Shown piece by piece: positions 9,755 to 19,962 of a DNA stretch of 64,000 nucleotides (the first letter of the stretch is position 1; every line of letters starts with the position of its first letter). A program made the position numbers and the translations under genes. The notes under the pieces were generated by a model. It ran no database searches, had not been told where the DNA came from, and saw only the letters and a list, made by a program, of their open reading frames with translations. The stretch lies in assembly GCA_963793265.1 (NCBI GenBank), contig CAWBZI010000001.1, positions 928,001 to 992,000 on the forward strand. Direction: 5' to 3'. The stretch is from an uncultured cyanobacterium. GTDB lineage: Bacteria > Cyanobacteriota > Cyanobacteriia > Phormidesmidales > Phormidesmidaceae.

Positions 9755-11164
9755 ATGATTTTCTCCACTCCAGAATTCTTTCTATTCTTCGGCGTCGTAC
9801 TGCTATTTCTTGTCATCGCCAAAGGCCAAAGCACCAAAAAATACTTCCTCCTAGCCGCCAGCTATTTCTTCTACGGCTACTGGGACTGGCGCTTCACCTT
9901 TCTCATGCTCGCCATGACCGTTGTCAACTACGCACTCGGCCAGCGCGTATACACCGCCTCGACACACCGTCTCAAAAAGCTCAGCCTCACAGCCGCCATC
10001 GTTTTCGACTTAGGCGTACTCGGATTCTTCAAGTACTACAACTTCTTCATCGACTCAGCCAACTACGCCCTCCAACCCTTCCAGACAGGCACAGCAACCT
10101 TCTCATCGCTCAACATCATTTTGCCAGTAGGCATCTCATTCATTACCTTCCAAGTAATGGCCTACGTCATCGACATCTACCGCGGCGTCACACCCCCTGC
10201 CGATACCTTCTGGGACTTCGCTCTCCTCACAGCCTTTTTCCCTCAGCTCGTCGCAGGCCCCATCCTCAAAGCCAAACAGTTCCTCCCCGAGCTACAAAAA
10301 AAGACTGTCATCCGCCGCCAAAATCTACTGGCCGGAATGCAGCTATTCCTACTGGGCCTCTTCCGCAAAATCGTCATTGCCGATCGCCTCGCCCCCTACG
10401 TCGATACCGTCTTCAGCACCCCTCAAGATTTCAGCTCATTCACAATCTGGCTAGCTGTAATCGCCTACGCCATCCAAATCTACTGCGACTTCAGCGGCTA
10501 TAGCGACATGGCCATCGGCACCGCCAAATGCCTCGGCTACAACATCCCTATCAACTTCAATCTCCCCTACATCTCCCGCAGCATCACCGAATTCTGGCGG
10601 CGCTGGCACATCTCTCTTTCTACCTGGCTACGCGAATACATCTACATCCCACTCGGCGGCAACCGCAAAGGCAAACCCCGCCAATACCTCAACCTATGGC
10701 TCGTCATGCTACTCGGCGGCCTCTGGCACGGCGCAAGCTGGAACTTCGTCCTCTGGGGAGCCCTACACGGCAGCGCCCTAGCCGTTCACAAATTCTACGC
10801 CGACTACATCCGTCCCAAAATCTCGCTACCCGCATCGCTATACAACGCCATCACCTGGGCCATCACCTTTCTATTCATATGCAGCACCTGGGTCTTATTT
10901 AGAGCAGCCACCTTCCCCCAAGCCTTCACCGTGCTCCAAAGCATGTACATCTGGACACCCACCGGCATCAACTGGTACGCTACCGGCCTTATCGTGGCGA
11001 TACCAGGCGTTTTTATCGCTGACTATCTCGGTCATTTGCTCTACCAGGGCCGGTTCATTCAGCTCAACCGCTTCAGCCATTGGTTCTGGCTCTCCTTCTG
11101 GCTGCTTGGACTGCTTTTCTTAGCGCCCCAAACCCCACAGCCTTTCGTATATTTCCAGTTCTAA
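9755..11164 (+). CDS. MBOAT family O-acyltransferase (AlgI-like)
   Basis: 'LPVGISFITFQ', 'YCDFSGYSDMA', 'FWRRWHISLS', 'GLWHGA', C-terminal FVYFQF. Confidence 0.95.
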   Translation: MIFSTPEFFLFFGVVLLFLVIAKGQSTKKYFLLAASYFFYGYWDWRFTFLMLAMTVVNYALGQRVYTASTHRLKKLSLTAAIVFDLGVLGFFKYYNFFIDSANYALQPFQTGTATFSSLNIILPVGISFITFQVMAYVIDIYRGVTPPADTFWDFALLTAFFPQLVAGPILKAKQFLPELQKKTVIRRQNLLAGMQLFLLGLFRKIVIADRLAPYVDTVFSTPQDFSSFTIWLAVIAYAIQIYCDFSGYSDMAIGTAKCLGYNIPINFNLPYISRSITEFWRRWHISLSTWLREYIYIPLGGNRKGKPRQYLNLWLVMLLGGLWHGASWNFVLWGALHGSALAVHKFYADYIRPKISLPASLYNAITWAITFLFICSTWVLFRAATFPQAFTVLQSMYIWTPTGINWYATGLIVAIPGVFIADYLGHLLYQGRFIQLNRFSHWFWLSFWLLGLLFLAPQTPQPFVYFQF

Positions 11165-11200
11165 TGTCTTAGCCTGGTCAAGCCCAAAAAAATCGTACAG

Positions 11201-11240
11201 AAGTCCGCTAGGCTGCTCGAACTGAGCCTGGCGGACTTTT
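11201..11240. terminator. Bidirectional terminator between MBOAT and psbM
   Basis: AAGTCCGCTAGGCT...AGCCTGGCGGACTTTT inverted repeat between convergent genes. Confidence 0.7.
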
Positions 11241-11264
11241 ATGTTTGGTTTAGCTAATCGAACG

Positions 11265-11375
11265 TTATGCGCCTGTGTTCTTGCTCGCGGTTTGGATATA
11301 CAGAATGAGCAGAAATACGGTGGGAACGAATACGAATAGGACGCTAGCTACAAATCCGAGTTTGTTAGTTTCCAT
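11265..11375 (-). CDS. psbM: Photosystem II protein M (not in ORF track)
   Basis: Manual translation [36 protein letters not shown]. Confidence 0.95.
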   Translation of the reverse strand: METNKLGFVASVLFVFVPTVFLLILYIQTASKNTGA

Positions 11376-11492
11376 GAGAGCGAACCTTACTCCTAGATAG
11401 TTTTGTCAGTGATCCTGTCAAGGATCTTGGCCTCCTTAGCATATCACCCTAAGTTCGTTCTCAGCTCTGAATCAAAGCACCTTCAGGCAAGC

Positions 11493-11915
11493 TTACTCAG
11501 CAGTTACAGAAGCAGGCTCATCCGACTCAGAGTCCAGCTCAGTGCTCGATCCGAGGGCAGCTTCTGCGGCCTTCTTAGCCGCAGCCTCTGCTTTTGCCTT
11601 CTTCAAGCTCTCCTTCTTATCCGGCTTCGTCTCAACCGTCGCAGGCCCCTGAATCGTTGTCTGACAGGCCAAACGACAGCTAGAAGGTCGCTTGCGTAAC
11701 ATCTTCTCTTCTACTGCTGTACGAGGCGATAGATTCTGAGCGCCTTCTAAAATATCGACAACGCAGGTGCCGCACTGCCCATAGCCGCCACACTGGGTCA
11801 GTTTCCCCATAAAGGTATAGATGTCGATATCGTTCTCCTGAGCCTTAAATCTCAGGTTAGAGCCGAGGGAGGCTTCTATTTCCTTATTTTCTTTAACAAA
11901 CTTAATACGAGCCAT
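11493..11915 (-). CDS. 2Fe-2S ferredoxin-like protein
   Basis: [10 protein letters not shown]...RLACQ cluster motif; usual cyanobacterial position between psbM and psbB. Confidence 0.9.
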   Translation of the reverse strand: MARIKFVKENKEIEASLGSNLRFKAQENDIDIYTFMGKLTQCGGYGQCGTCVVDILEGAQNLSPRTAVEEKMLRKRPSSCRLACQTTIQGPATVETKPDKKESLKKAKAEAAAKKAAEAALGSSTELDSESDEPASVTAE

Positions 11916-12359
11916 GAGTTAAGCGTTACCTGGGTATTACCTGGGTTTCAAGGGCGATCGCGACTCGTCATCTACACAAAAGTCGCCAATCACGTAGCCG
12001 AGTTGTTGAGTGCTAGTTACACTTCTTTATACACCTTCATTTTTACATTTAGAGGGGCCAACATAAGCTAAGTGAATACATTTTCATCTAGTTAGCCACT
12101 CTAAAAAGGTGTGGAGACACTCAGATATCAGGCCGGATATCCGGTCTTTTCAGGTCTGCAAAGGCTAGAAAAAGGTCGGATATCTGGTAGCCTTATTAGT
12201 ATCTGAAGTCTTACCAAAAGACGTTCACATTCTAATTAATAAAGTGATCGCTGCTTAAATTTTAAGCTAGCGTTCACTTTACTTAGCTCAATAGTACTTA
12301 GCTCAACCATTGAGCTAGACACAATCATTTTTTTAGTAACACAAGGAGGAGCGTAGTCA

Positions 12360-13901
12360 ATGGGTCTACCTTGGTACCGAGTACATACCGTCGTCCTGAA
12401 CGACCCAGGCCGACTGATTTCTGTACACTTGATGCATACGGCGTTAGTGGCAGGCTGGGCAGGCTCTATGGCCCTGTTCGAGCTGTCTACTTTCGATCCG
12501 AGCGATCCCGTGCTGAACCCGATGTGGCGGCAGGGCATGTTCGTGCTGCCTTTCATGACTCGTCTGGGTGTGACGGGCTCATGGGGCGGCTGGGACGTAA
12601 CCGGAGCAGTTGGCGTTAGTCCTGGCTTCTGGTCGTTTGAAGGTGTAGCACTCGCTCACATCGTTCTATCTGGTCTATTGTTTTTAGCCGCTGTATGGCA
12701 CTGGGTCTACTGGGATCTAGAGCTATTCCGCGATCCACGCACAGGTGAGCCCGCACTGGACTTGCCTAAAATGTTCGGCATTCATCTATTTCTATCTGGT
12801 TTGCTTTGCTTCGGCTTCGGCGCATTCCACCTCACCGGCCTCTGGGGGCCTGGCATGTGGGTTTCTGACCCGTATGGCCTTACCGGGCACGTGCAGGGCG
12901 TCGCGCCAGAATGGGGGCCAGCAGGCTTTAACCCGTTCAACGCTGGTGGCGTGGTTGCAAACCACATTGCAGCCGGTATTGTCGGTATTATCGCAGGCTT
13001 ATTTCACCTCACCGTGCGACCACCGCAGCGCCTCTACAAGGCCCTGCGCATGGGTAATATCGAAACGGTGCTCTCAAGCTCTATTGCCGCTGTATTCTTC
13101 GCTGCCTTTATCGTGGCCGGTACAATGTGGTACGGATCAGCCACCACGCCAATTGAGCTATTTGGCCCAACTCGCTATCAGTGGGACGGCAGCTACTTCG
13201 CTGAAGAAATCGACCGCCGCGTTCAGCGTGCTGTCGCCTCCGGTGCCTCTACGGAAGAAGCCTATGAGGCCATTCCTGAGAAGCTAGCGTTCTACGACTA
13301 CGTAGGTAACAGCCCTGCAAAAGGTGGCTTGTTCCGCGTTGGCCCTATGGACTCTGGTGACGGTATTGCAACCGCATGGCTCGGACACCCTATCTTCCAT
13401 GATGCAGAAGGCCGTGAGCTATCCGTTCGCCGCCTGCCTAACTTCTTCGAGACGTTCCCTGTCGTCTTGGTAGACAAAGACAACGTATTGCGCGCTGACA
13501 TTCCTTTCCGACGCGCTGAATCAAAGTACAACTTTGAGCAGGTAGGCGTTGAGGTTGACTTCTACGGCGGTAAGCTCGACGGTCAAACCATCACTGACTC
13601 TGCTGCTGTAAAGCGTTATGCGCGTAAAGCTCAGCTTGGCGAACCGTTCGACTTCGACCGTGAAACGCTAGATTCTGACGGTGTATTCCGCTCTAGCCCA
13701 CGCGGCTGGTTCACCTACGGACACGCAGTCTTCGCACTGCTGTTCTTCTTTGGCCACATCTGGCACGGCTCTAGAACACTGTTCAGAGACGTATTTGCCG
13801 GTGTCGACCCCGACCTATCACCCGAGCAGGTCGAGTGGGGCTACTACCAGAAGCTTGGTGACCGCTCAACGAAAGCAGCCAAAGCAGCTAACAAGGTTTA
13901 G
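12360..13901 (+). CDS. psbB: Photosystem II CP47 chlorophyll apoprotein
   Basis: [19 protein letters not shown] start; AAGGAGG Shine-Dalgarno; full length. Confidence 0.99.
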   Translation: MGLPWYRVHTVVLNDPGRLISVHLMHTALVAGWAGSMALFELSTFDPSDPVLNPMWRQGMFVLPFMTRLGVTGSWGGWDVTGAVGVSPGFWSFEGVALAHIVLSGLLFLAAVWHWVYWDLELFRDPRTGEPALDLPKMFGIHLFLSGLLCFGFGAFHLTGLWGPGMWVSDPYGLTGHVQGVAPEWGPAGFNPFNAGGVVANHIAAGIVGIIAGLFHLTVRPPQRLYKALRMGNIETVLSSSIAAVFFAAFIVAGTMWYGSATTPIELFGPTRYQWDGSYFAEEIDRRVQRAVASGASTEEAYEAIPEKLAFYDYVGNSPAKGGLFRVGPMDSGDGIATAWLGHPIFHDAEGRELSVRRLPNFFETFPVVLVDKDNVLRADIPFRRAESKYNFEQVGVEVDFYGGKLDGQTITDSAAVKRYARKAQLGEPFDFDRETLDSDGVFRSSPRGWFTYGHAVFALLFFFGHIWHGSRTLFRDVFAGVDPDLSPEQVEWGYYQKLGDRSTKAAKAANKV

Positions 13902-14024
13902 GTGTTCAAAGCTGGTTGGAAGGGTGGCAATCGCTCATCTTTCTAACCAGTTTCATCCTCAACTCGTCAGTTTCTCCTTAAGTTTGTTACGCTCAAGACA
14001 ACAGTCGTTCATTGGAACAAGACC

Positions 14025-14123
14025 ATGGAAGCAGTTGCTTACATTTTGATTTTCGCCCTTATTATTGGTACTTTGTTTTTTGCGATCGCATTCCGCGAAC
14101 CCCCCAAAATCACAAAGGACTAA
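14025..14123 (+). CDS. psbT: Photosystem II protein T (not in ORF track)
   Basis: Manual translation MEAVAYILIFALIIGTLFFAIAFREPPKITKD*; downstream of psbB. Confidence 0.97.
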   Translation: MEAVAYILIFALIIGTLFFAIAFREPPKITKD

Positions 14124-14203
14124 TCACACTTATCCCGAGCAGCTATTCAAACAGGCATCCCTCCTGTAGCGAAGCGTCGGACTGATAAAGTTGTAGGTAC
14201 ACT

Positions 14204-14246
14204 TAAAGGCTCAGGCGTCATCTTTCAAGGTGAGCCTGAGCCTTTA
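14204..14246 (+). terminator. Stem-loop terminator after psbB-psbT
   Basis: TAAAGGCTCAGGC...GCCTGAGCCTTTA followed by T-rich tract. Confidence 0.7.
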
Positions 14247-14319
14247 TCTTTATGTATTAGTTTCTCATCGCCTCGTTTTGTCGTAACGTTGCAATAGGGG
14301 AAGCTTGAGGCCCAATCCC

Positions 14320-14913
14320 ATGCAGTGTCCATTTTGCCAGCATCCCAACAATCGCGTTTTAGAATCCCGCTCAGCCGAGTCGGATAGAAGCATTCGCCGT
14401 CGCCGTGAGTGCCTGGAGTGCGATCGCCGGTTTACGACCTATGAAAGGATTGAATACGTACCGATTACAGTCGTCAAAAGGGGCGGCGACAGAGAGTCAT
14501 TCGACCGCTCAAAGCTCCTACGCGGCATATTTACCGCCTGCGAAAAAACTGGTATTAGCGCTCACACTATCGAAATGATAGTCGATGAAATTGAAGCCGA
14601 GCTTCAGCAGCAGGCCGTGCGAGAAGTGACCAGCGAAGCCATTGGGGAGCGCGTACTTGCGCGATTGCAAAAAATTAGTGAAGTCGCCTATGTCAGGTTC
14701 GCCTCCGTGTACCGGCAGTTTCAGGGCATTCGCGACTTTACTGAAGCACTTACTCAGTTAGAAGGGCAAATAGAGAGCCAACCAGAAGATTCCGTAAAAA
14801 GTGACGCTTCAAGCATCGAAAGTACGCGTTCACAGCAAAACAGTTATCCTCAGATTGAAGCCAATCCTCAATACGATGATGAGGGTCAGTTAGCCTCATC
14901 GGTCAACGTATAG
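14320..14913 (+). CDS. nrdR: Transcriptional repressor NrdR
   Basis: MQCPFC Zn ribbon, RRRRECxxC, RFTTYE, ATP-cone, AYVRFASVY. Confidence 0.97.
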   Translation: MQCPFCQHPNNRVLESRSAESDRSIRRRRECLECDRRFTTYERIEYVPITVVKRGGDRESFDRSKLLRGIFTACEKTGISAHTIEMIVDEIEAELQQQAVREVTSEAIGERVLARLQKISEVAYVRFASVYRQFQGIRDFTEALTQLEGQIESQPEDSVKSDASSIESTRSQQNSYPQIEANPQYDDEGQLASSVNV

Positions 14914-15211
14914 TCTACGCACAGCTCACAAAATTGAGTGACTTTTATCGACTAATTGATCTATGATTAATGTTCTTGTGACAGCAGACCTCAAAGGCTT
15001 CTTTAGCCCTTCCCACTTATAAATTTAGTCCTGCAATACTGGTAGAGCTTTCAGACAGCTCTAAGTCAAGACTTTACAAGCGGTGCGCGCGCTGCTTTGT
15101 AGCTTTCTATCTAGTTCAAGCGTATTTGTTCAAAGAAGAAGGCAAAGCAAAGATTGTGTGCTCGCGAGGTGTTCACTCGTACGCGGAGAAAACTGTAGGA
15201 AAACATCTAGC

Positions 15212-16189
15212 ATGGCCAACCCGGATAACACATCATCAGCAGATATTGGTTTTACACATGAGGATTTTGCAGCACTTTTAGACCAATACGATTACAACTT
15301 TAACCCTGGCGATATTGTGCCTGGCACGGTATTCAGCATCGAGCCACGGGGGGCCCTAATCGATATTGGCGCAAAAACTGCGGCTTATCTCCCTATTCAG
15401 GAGATGTCTATTAACCGGGTCGAAGGCGCTGAAGAAGTTTTGCAGTCGAATGAGACTCGTGAGTTTTTCATCCTGACTGACGACAACGAAGATGGTCAGC
15501 TAACGCTCTCGATTCGCAGAATTGAGTACATGCGAGCCTGGGAGCGCGTGCGCCAGCTTCAGCAGGAAGATGCCACCGTTCGCTCTATTGTGTTTGCAAC
15601 CAACCGAGGGGGCGCGCTAGTTCGTATTGAAGGGCTGCGCGGATTTATTCCCGGCTCTCACATCAGCACTCGCAAGCCAAAGGAAGATTTGGTAGGTGAA
15701 GAGCTGCCATTGAAGTTCTTAGAAGTAGACGAAGAGCGCAACCGTTTGGTCTTGAGCCATCGTCGTGCTTTGGTTGAGCGTAAGATGAACGGCCTACAGG
15801 TGAGCGAAGTTGTTATCGGCACCGTTCGCGGCCTGAAGCCATACGGCGCGTTTATTGATATCGGCGGCGTGAGCGGTCTACTGCACATCTCTGAAATTTC
15901 TCACGACCACATTGACACGCCTAACTCCGTGCTCAATGTGAATGACGAAATCAAGGTAATGATTATCGATCTTGACGCTGAGCGCGGTCGAATTTCGCTA
16001 TCGACTAAGCAGCTTGAGCCCGAGCCAGGCGATATGGTAAAAAATCCTGACTTGGTTTACGAGAAAGCCGAGGAAATGGCTGAGCGGTTCCGCGAGCAGC
16101 TAAGACAGAAGGCTTTAGGGGAGAGCGGTGAAGCTCCCGTAGAGGAAGAGGAGTTTGTCGAAGAAGAAGAGTTGGTTACGGTTGAGTAG
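15212..16189 (+). CDS. rpsA: 30S ribosomal protein S1
   Basis: Three S1 domains; 'IGFTHEDFAALLDQYDY'; ATG at 15212. Confidence 0.96.
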   Translation: MANPDNTSSADIGFTHEDFAALLDQYDYNFNPGDIVPGTVFSIEPRGALIDIGAKTAAYLPIQEMSINRVEGAEEVLQSNETREFFILTDDNEDGQLTLSIRRIEYMRAWERVRQLQQEDATVRSIVFATNRGGALVRIEGLRGFIPGSHISTRKPKEDLVGEELPLKFLEVDEERNRLVLSHRRALVERKMNGLQVSEVVIGTVRGLKPYGAFIDIGGVSGLLHISEISHDHIDTPNSVLNVNDEIKVMIIDLDAERGRISLSTKQLEPEPGDMVKNPDLVYEKAEEMAERFREQLRQKALGESGEAPVEEEEFVEEEELVTVE

Positions 16190-16225
16190 GCTTTTGCCTA
16201 ACAGCATCAGCTCGTAGAATGATAG

Positions 16226-16258
16226 AAAGGGGAAGGCTTGTGGGTCTTTCCCTTTTTT
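16226..16258 (+). terminator. Rho-independent terminator after rpsA
   Basis: AAAGGGGAAGGC...GTCTTTCCCTTTTTT. Confidence 0.75.
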
Positions 16259-16300
16259 ATGGCTTGAACTTAGTGCTCAAAATCGAAACATCAGCGCAAC

Positions 16301-17092
16301 ATGGCTACAATTTGCTGCTCACGGTTCCAGTCTGAGAACGTTCAGTTTGAGAATGTTCAAACAGTGCTTTTTGACAAGGACGGCACGCTAGCTAACGTAG
16401 AAAATTATCTAAAGGCGCTGGGAGAAGCGCGATTACATTTTATAAACAAGCAGGCTCCCGGACTTCAGCCCTCACTATTAGCGGCATTTGGGCTTCAGCA
16501 CAGTAATGGAACTGAGGGTGGCATTGATCCTGCCGGACTAATGGCAGTTGGGAGCCGACGAGAAAATGAAGTGGCAGCGGCGGCTTATGTAGCAGCCTCA
16601 GGGCAGAGTTGGGTAGCAGCCTTAGAAATGGTCAGCAACGCTTTTCAGAAGGCCGAAGCGTCTTTGCCACAAAAGATCACTCAAACGGTGCCCATAGCAG
16701 GCGCAGCAGAACTTTTACAGCAGCTTAAGCAATCTGGGCTGAAGCTAGGCATTGTGTCTTCAGATGTACATGCAGAAGTGGAGGCTTTTATAGAGCACTA
16801 TCAGCTTCCAGGAATTGACTGGTACTGTGGCGCAGCAGCAGAGACATTACCCAAGACGCATCCCGATTTCTTGACGTTTGTATGCCGAGCGATGGACGCA
16901 AACCCTGAGACTACGGTTATCGTAGGAGACTCGGCGGCTGACCTACAGATGGCCTCCCAGGGAGCCGCTGGCTTTATTGCGATGACGGGTGGTTGGCGAT
17001 CGCCCCCCTCAATAGAAGTAATCAAACATATACAAACCGATTTAGCGATTACAGTCATCAATCAACTCAGCCAAGTTGAAAGTTACAACTAG
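16301..17092 (+). CDS. HAD-family hydrolase
   Basis: 'LFDKDGTL' motif I; 'VGDS' motif IV. Confidence 0.88.
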   Translation: MATICCSRFQSENVQFENVQTVLFDKDGTLANVENYLKALGEARLHFINKQAPGLQPSLLAAFGLQHSNGTEGGIDPAGLMAVGSRRENEVAAAAYVAASGQSWVAALEMVSNAFQKAEASLPQKITQTVPIAGAAELLQQLKQSGLKLGIVSSDVHAEVEAFIEHYQLPGIDWYCGAAAETLPKTHPDFLTFVCRAMDANPETTVIVGDSAADLQMASQGAAGFIAMTGGWRSPPSIEVIKHIQTDLAITVINQLSQVESYN

Positions 17093-17180
17093 ATCTATAT
17101 CAATCCTTTAGATTGGTACAAAGCCCAAACTGGTGAATACTCGTAGAAGGCAAAAAAATAAGGTTAAGGAGGACTGGCTA

Positions 17181-18443
17181 TTGTCTCGTCGCTACCTGTT
17201 TACGTCAGAATCGGTTACAGAGGGCCATCCCGATAAGATTTGCGATCAAATTTCAGACACTATTCTAGATACCGTTTTGGCACTAGATCCTGAGAGTCGC
17301 GTAGCTGCTGAAGTGGTTGTCAACACTGGCTTGGTTGTGGTTACCGGAGAGATTTCCTCTACGGCAACGACTAACTTTGTAAAAGTTGTCAGACAAAAGA
17401 TTAGAGAAATCGGATATATCAATCCTAAAAATAACGGCTTCTCAGCCGATAGCTGCTCGGTGCTGATCGCACTAGACGAGCAGTCAGCCGATATTGCACA
17501 GGGCGTAGACACCGCTCAAGAAACCCGCGAGCAAACCAGCGACGAACGTTGGGACGCTATCGGTGCTGGCGACCAAGGCATCATGTTTGGCTTCGCCTGC
17601 AACGAAACGCCTGAACTGATGCCGCTACCCATTTCTTTGGCACATCGCATTTCGCAAAAGCTCTCTGTCGTCCGAAAAAGCGGCGAGCTGTCGTACCTTG
17701 GCCCAGATGGTAAAACTCAGGTCACTGTTGAGTATGAAGACGGTAAGCCAGTAGGAATTGACACTATCTTAGTGTCTACTCAGCACACAGAAACCATTGG
17801 TGAACTGAGCAGCAACGAAGACGTTCAGGCCAAAATTAAAGCAGACCTTTGGAAAACAGTCGTCCTGCCTGCTTTTGCTGGTTTAGATTTGCAGCCGTCT
17901 GAAAAGACTCGCTTTTTGGTTAATCCTACCGGCAAGTTTGTTATCGGTGGCCCTCAAGGCGACTCTGGCCTCACGGGTAGAAAGATTATCGTTGATACCT
18001 ACGGCGGCTACTCTCGTCACGGCGGCGGTGCCTTCTCTGGCAAAGACCCCACAAAGGTAGACCGTAGCGCTGCTTATGCCTGCCGCTACGTGGCCAAAAA
18101 TATTGTCGCTGCCGGTTTGGCCGATAAGTGCGAAGTTCAGCTCAGCTATGCTATTGGCGTTGCCAGACCCACCAGCATCTTTATTGAAACCTTCGACACC
18201 GGCAACATCTCTGACGACAAGCTGTTAGAGCTGGTTAATAAGCACTTTGAGCTGCGTCCAGCAGGCATTATCGAAACCTTCAACCTGCGCGGCCTGCCCA
18301 AAGAGCGCAAGGGTCGCTTCTATCAGGAGCTTGCGGCCTACGGTCACTTTGGCCGTGACGATCTTGACCTGCCATGGGAAAAGACTGACAAGGTTGCAGC
18401 ACTAAAAGCGGCTATTGAAGAGCGAACACCTGTTAGCGTGTAG
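17181..18443 (+). CDS. metK: S-adenosylmethionine synthetase
   Basis: [31 protein letters not shown] start after AAGGAGG. Confidence 0.98.
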   Translation: MSRRYLFTSESVTEGHPDKICDQISDTILDTVLALDPESRVAAEVVVNTGLVVVTGEISSTATTNFVKVVRQKIREIGYINPKNNGFSADSCSVLIALDEQSADIAQGVDTAQETREQTSDERWDAIGAGDQGIMFGFACNETPELMPLPISLAHRISQKLSVVRKSGELSYLGPDGKTQVTVEYEDGKPVGIDTILVSTQHTETIGELSSNEDVQAKIKADLWKTVVLPAFAGLDLQPSEKTRFLVNPTGKFVIGGPQGDSGLTGRKIIVDTYGGYSRHGGGAFSGKDPTKVDRSAAYACRYVAKNIVAAGLADKCEVQLSYAIGVARPTSIFIETFDTGNISDDKLLELVNKHFELRPAGIIETFNLRGLPKERKGRFYQELAAYGHFGRDDLDLPWEKTDKVAALKAAIEERTPVSV

Positions 18444-18480
18444 TGTTCACTGACGACAAGGTTGGATAAAACACGCTTTA

Positions 18481-18515
18481 AAAGAAGGCTTCCTAATTCT
18501 AGGGAAGCCTTCTTT
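18481..18515 (+). terminator. Terminator after metK
   Basis: AAAGAAGGCTTCC...GGAAGCCTTCTTT inverted repeat. Confidence 0.75.
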
Positions 18516-18574
18516 GATAGGAATGGTAGAGTTTAAATAATTGCTCGTCGTTTAAGAATTCTCAGGATCTATAT

Positions 18575-19045
18575 ATGGTTCCTTTTCCACCCTATCAACC
18601 CAAAACGCTATCTCTGGGGCCGTTAGAAGCTGAGATTCTTGGAATTTTATGGAAGCTTGGGCCGACGCCCGCTACGGTCATACACCAGCATATCTTGGCA
18701 GACATTGACCGTGAGCTGACCTACTCTTCGGTTTCAACCGTATTGAAGCGGTTAATTAAAAAGGGATGGGTGAGCTGCGATCGCACAAACCGAATCCACA
18801 TCTGGACATCCCGTGTCTCCGAGCAGCAGGCCGAAATCCTCAAAGCGCACGAACAGCTCCATCGCTTCTTAGCTGTCGGTAGCCCTGAGATCGTAGCTGC
18901 CTTTGCCGATACACTAGACGACCAAAGCCTAGAGCAGATGGATGCGATCGCTCAAAAAATTCAGGCCGCTCGCAAAGCCAGAGAAAACGCAGCCGCCACT
19001 ACTAATGAGCAATCACCTGAGGCGTCATTGGAGCAAGACTCATGA
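18575..19045 (+). CDS. petR: BlaI/CopY-family regulator, PetR-like (copper switch of petE/petJ)
   Basis: 'PPYQPKTLSLGPLEAEIL...RELTYSSVSTVL.RL.KKGW...VAAFAD.LD' resembles Synechocystis Slr0240; paired with an M56 protease. Confidence 0.8.
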   Translation: MVPFPPYQPKTLSLGPLEAEILGILWKLGPTPATVIHQHILADIDRELTYSSVSTVLKRLIKKGWVSCDRTNRIHIWTSRVSEQQAEILKAHEQLHRFLAVGSPEIVAAFADTLDDQSLEQMDAIAQKIQAARKARENAAATTNEQSPEASLEQDS

Positions 19046-19938
19046 TGCACCTGAACATGATTGCAATTGCCGGGGCGATCGCCATCCTCATTCGTTTGGC
19101 TAGCAGCTCCACGAATAGAAGCAAATTACTCAACGGAGTAAAGCCTTCTCTTAACTGGCAGACGCAATGGCACCGAACACTCATTGCCTTTGTCGTCCCC
19201 CCCTTACTGCTGCTCACAACCGCCGTTGCCGTCATTACGATGGGCATTAGCACAGGCCATCATCACTGGGAAGGTCAAATTAGCTACGCCATCGCGTTAC
19301 TGTTCGTAGTGATCGCACTCTTCTGCTGGGCTCATCTACTCTGGCTTTCTTTCAAAACACAGCAAGAACTCAAACGTCATCCTGTCAAAACCATTGGCGC
19401 TAGCACGTTGGGACGCGTCATGGACGTATCTGCCGTATTTAGCGCTCAGGTAGGGCTATGGTCTTCAGAACTTATCGTCAGCAGGGGTCTACTGACGCAT
19501 TTAGACAGTGAGCATCTAGCCGCCGTCTTAGCCCACGAGGCAGGCCATCGACGCTATCGAGATACCTTCTGGTTCTTTTGGCTAGGCGGATTGCGTAGGC
19601 TCACAGGCTGGCTGCCCTACAGCGAAAACCTTTGGCAGGATCTTCTTCTCCTCAGAGAAATCCGCGCCGACCGCTGGGCCGCGCGCAGTGTAGATACGCT
19701 GGTGTTAGCCGAATCACTCATGAGCGTTATCACCGCTCCGCTCGCCCCAGAATCGGTATGTGCAGGGTTTAGCTGCGCAGCGCCCCGTAGCCGACTGGCA
19801 CAACGCATAGATGCCCTATTAGAAATTGATTCGACTACAGCAACGAGTAGTGTTAGTTCGTTCAAGGTCATGCCCTGGCAGTGGGTTGCTATCTCTTTCA
19901 CACTCGCGCCGCTGCTAACGATTCCTTTCCATTATTAG
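19042..19938 (+). CDS. petP: BlaR/M56 membrane metalloprotease, PetP-like
   Basis: HEAGH (HExxH), 'LLREIRADRWAA', TM segments; overlaps the petR-like gene. Confidence 0.8.
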   Translation: MMHLNMIAIAGAIAILIRLASSSTNRSKLLNGVKPSLNWQTQWHRTLIAFVVPPLLLLTTAVAVITMGISTGHHHWEGQISYAIALLFVVIALFCWAHLLWLSFKTQQELKRHPVKTIGASTLGRVMDVSAVFSAQVGLWSSELIVSRGLLTHLDSEHLAAVLAHEAGHRRYRDTFWFFWLGGLRRLTGWLPYSENLWQDLLLLREIRADRWAARSVDTLVLAESLMSVITAPLAPESVCAGFSCAAPRSRLAQRIDALLEIDSTTATSSVSSFKVMPWQWVAISFTLAPLLTIPFHY

Positions 19939-19962
19939 ACGAAGGCATTGCCTAAAAGCTAT

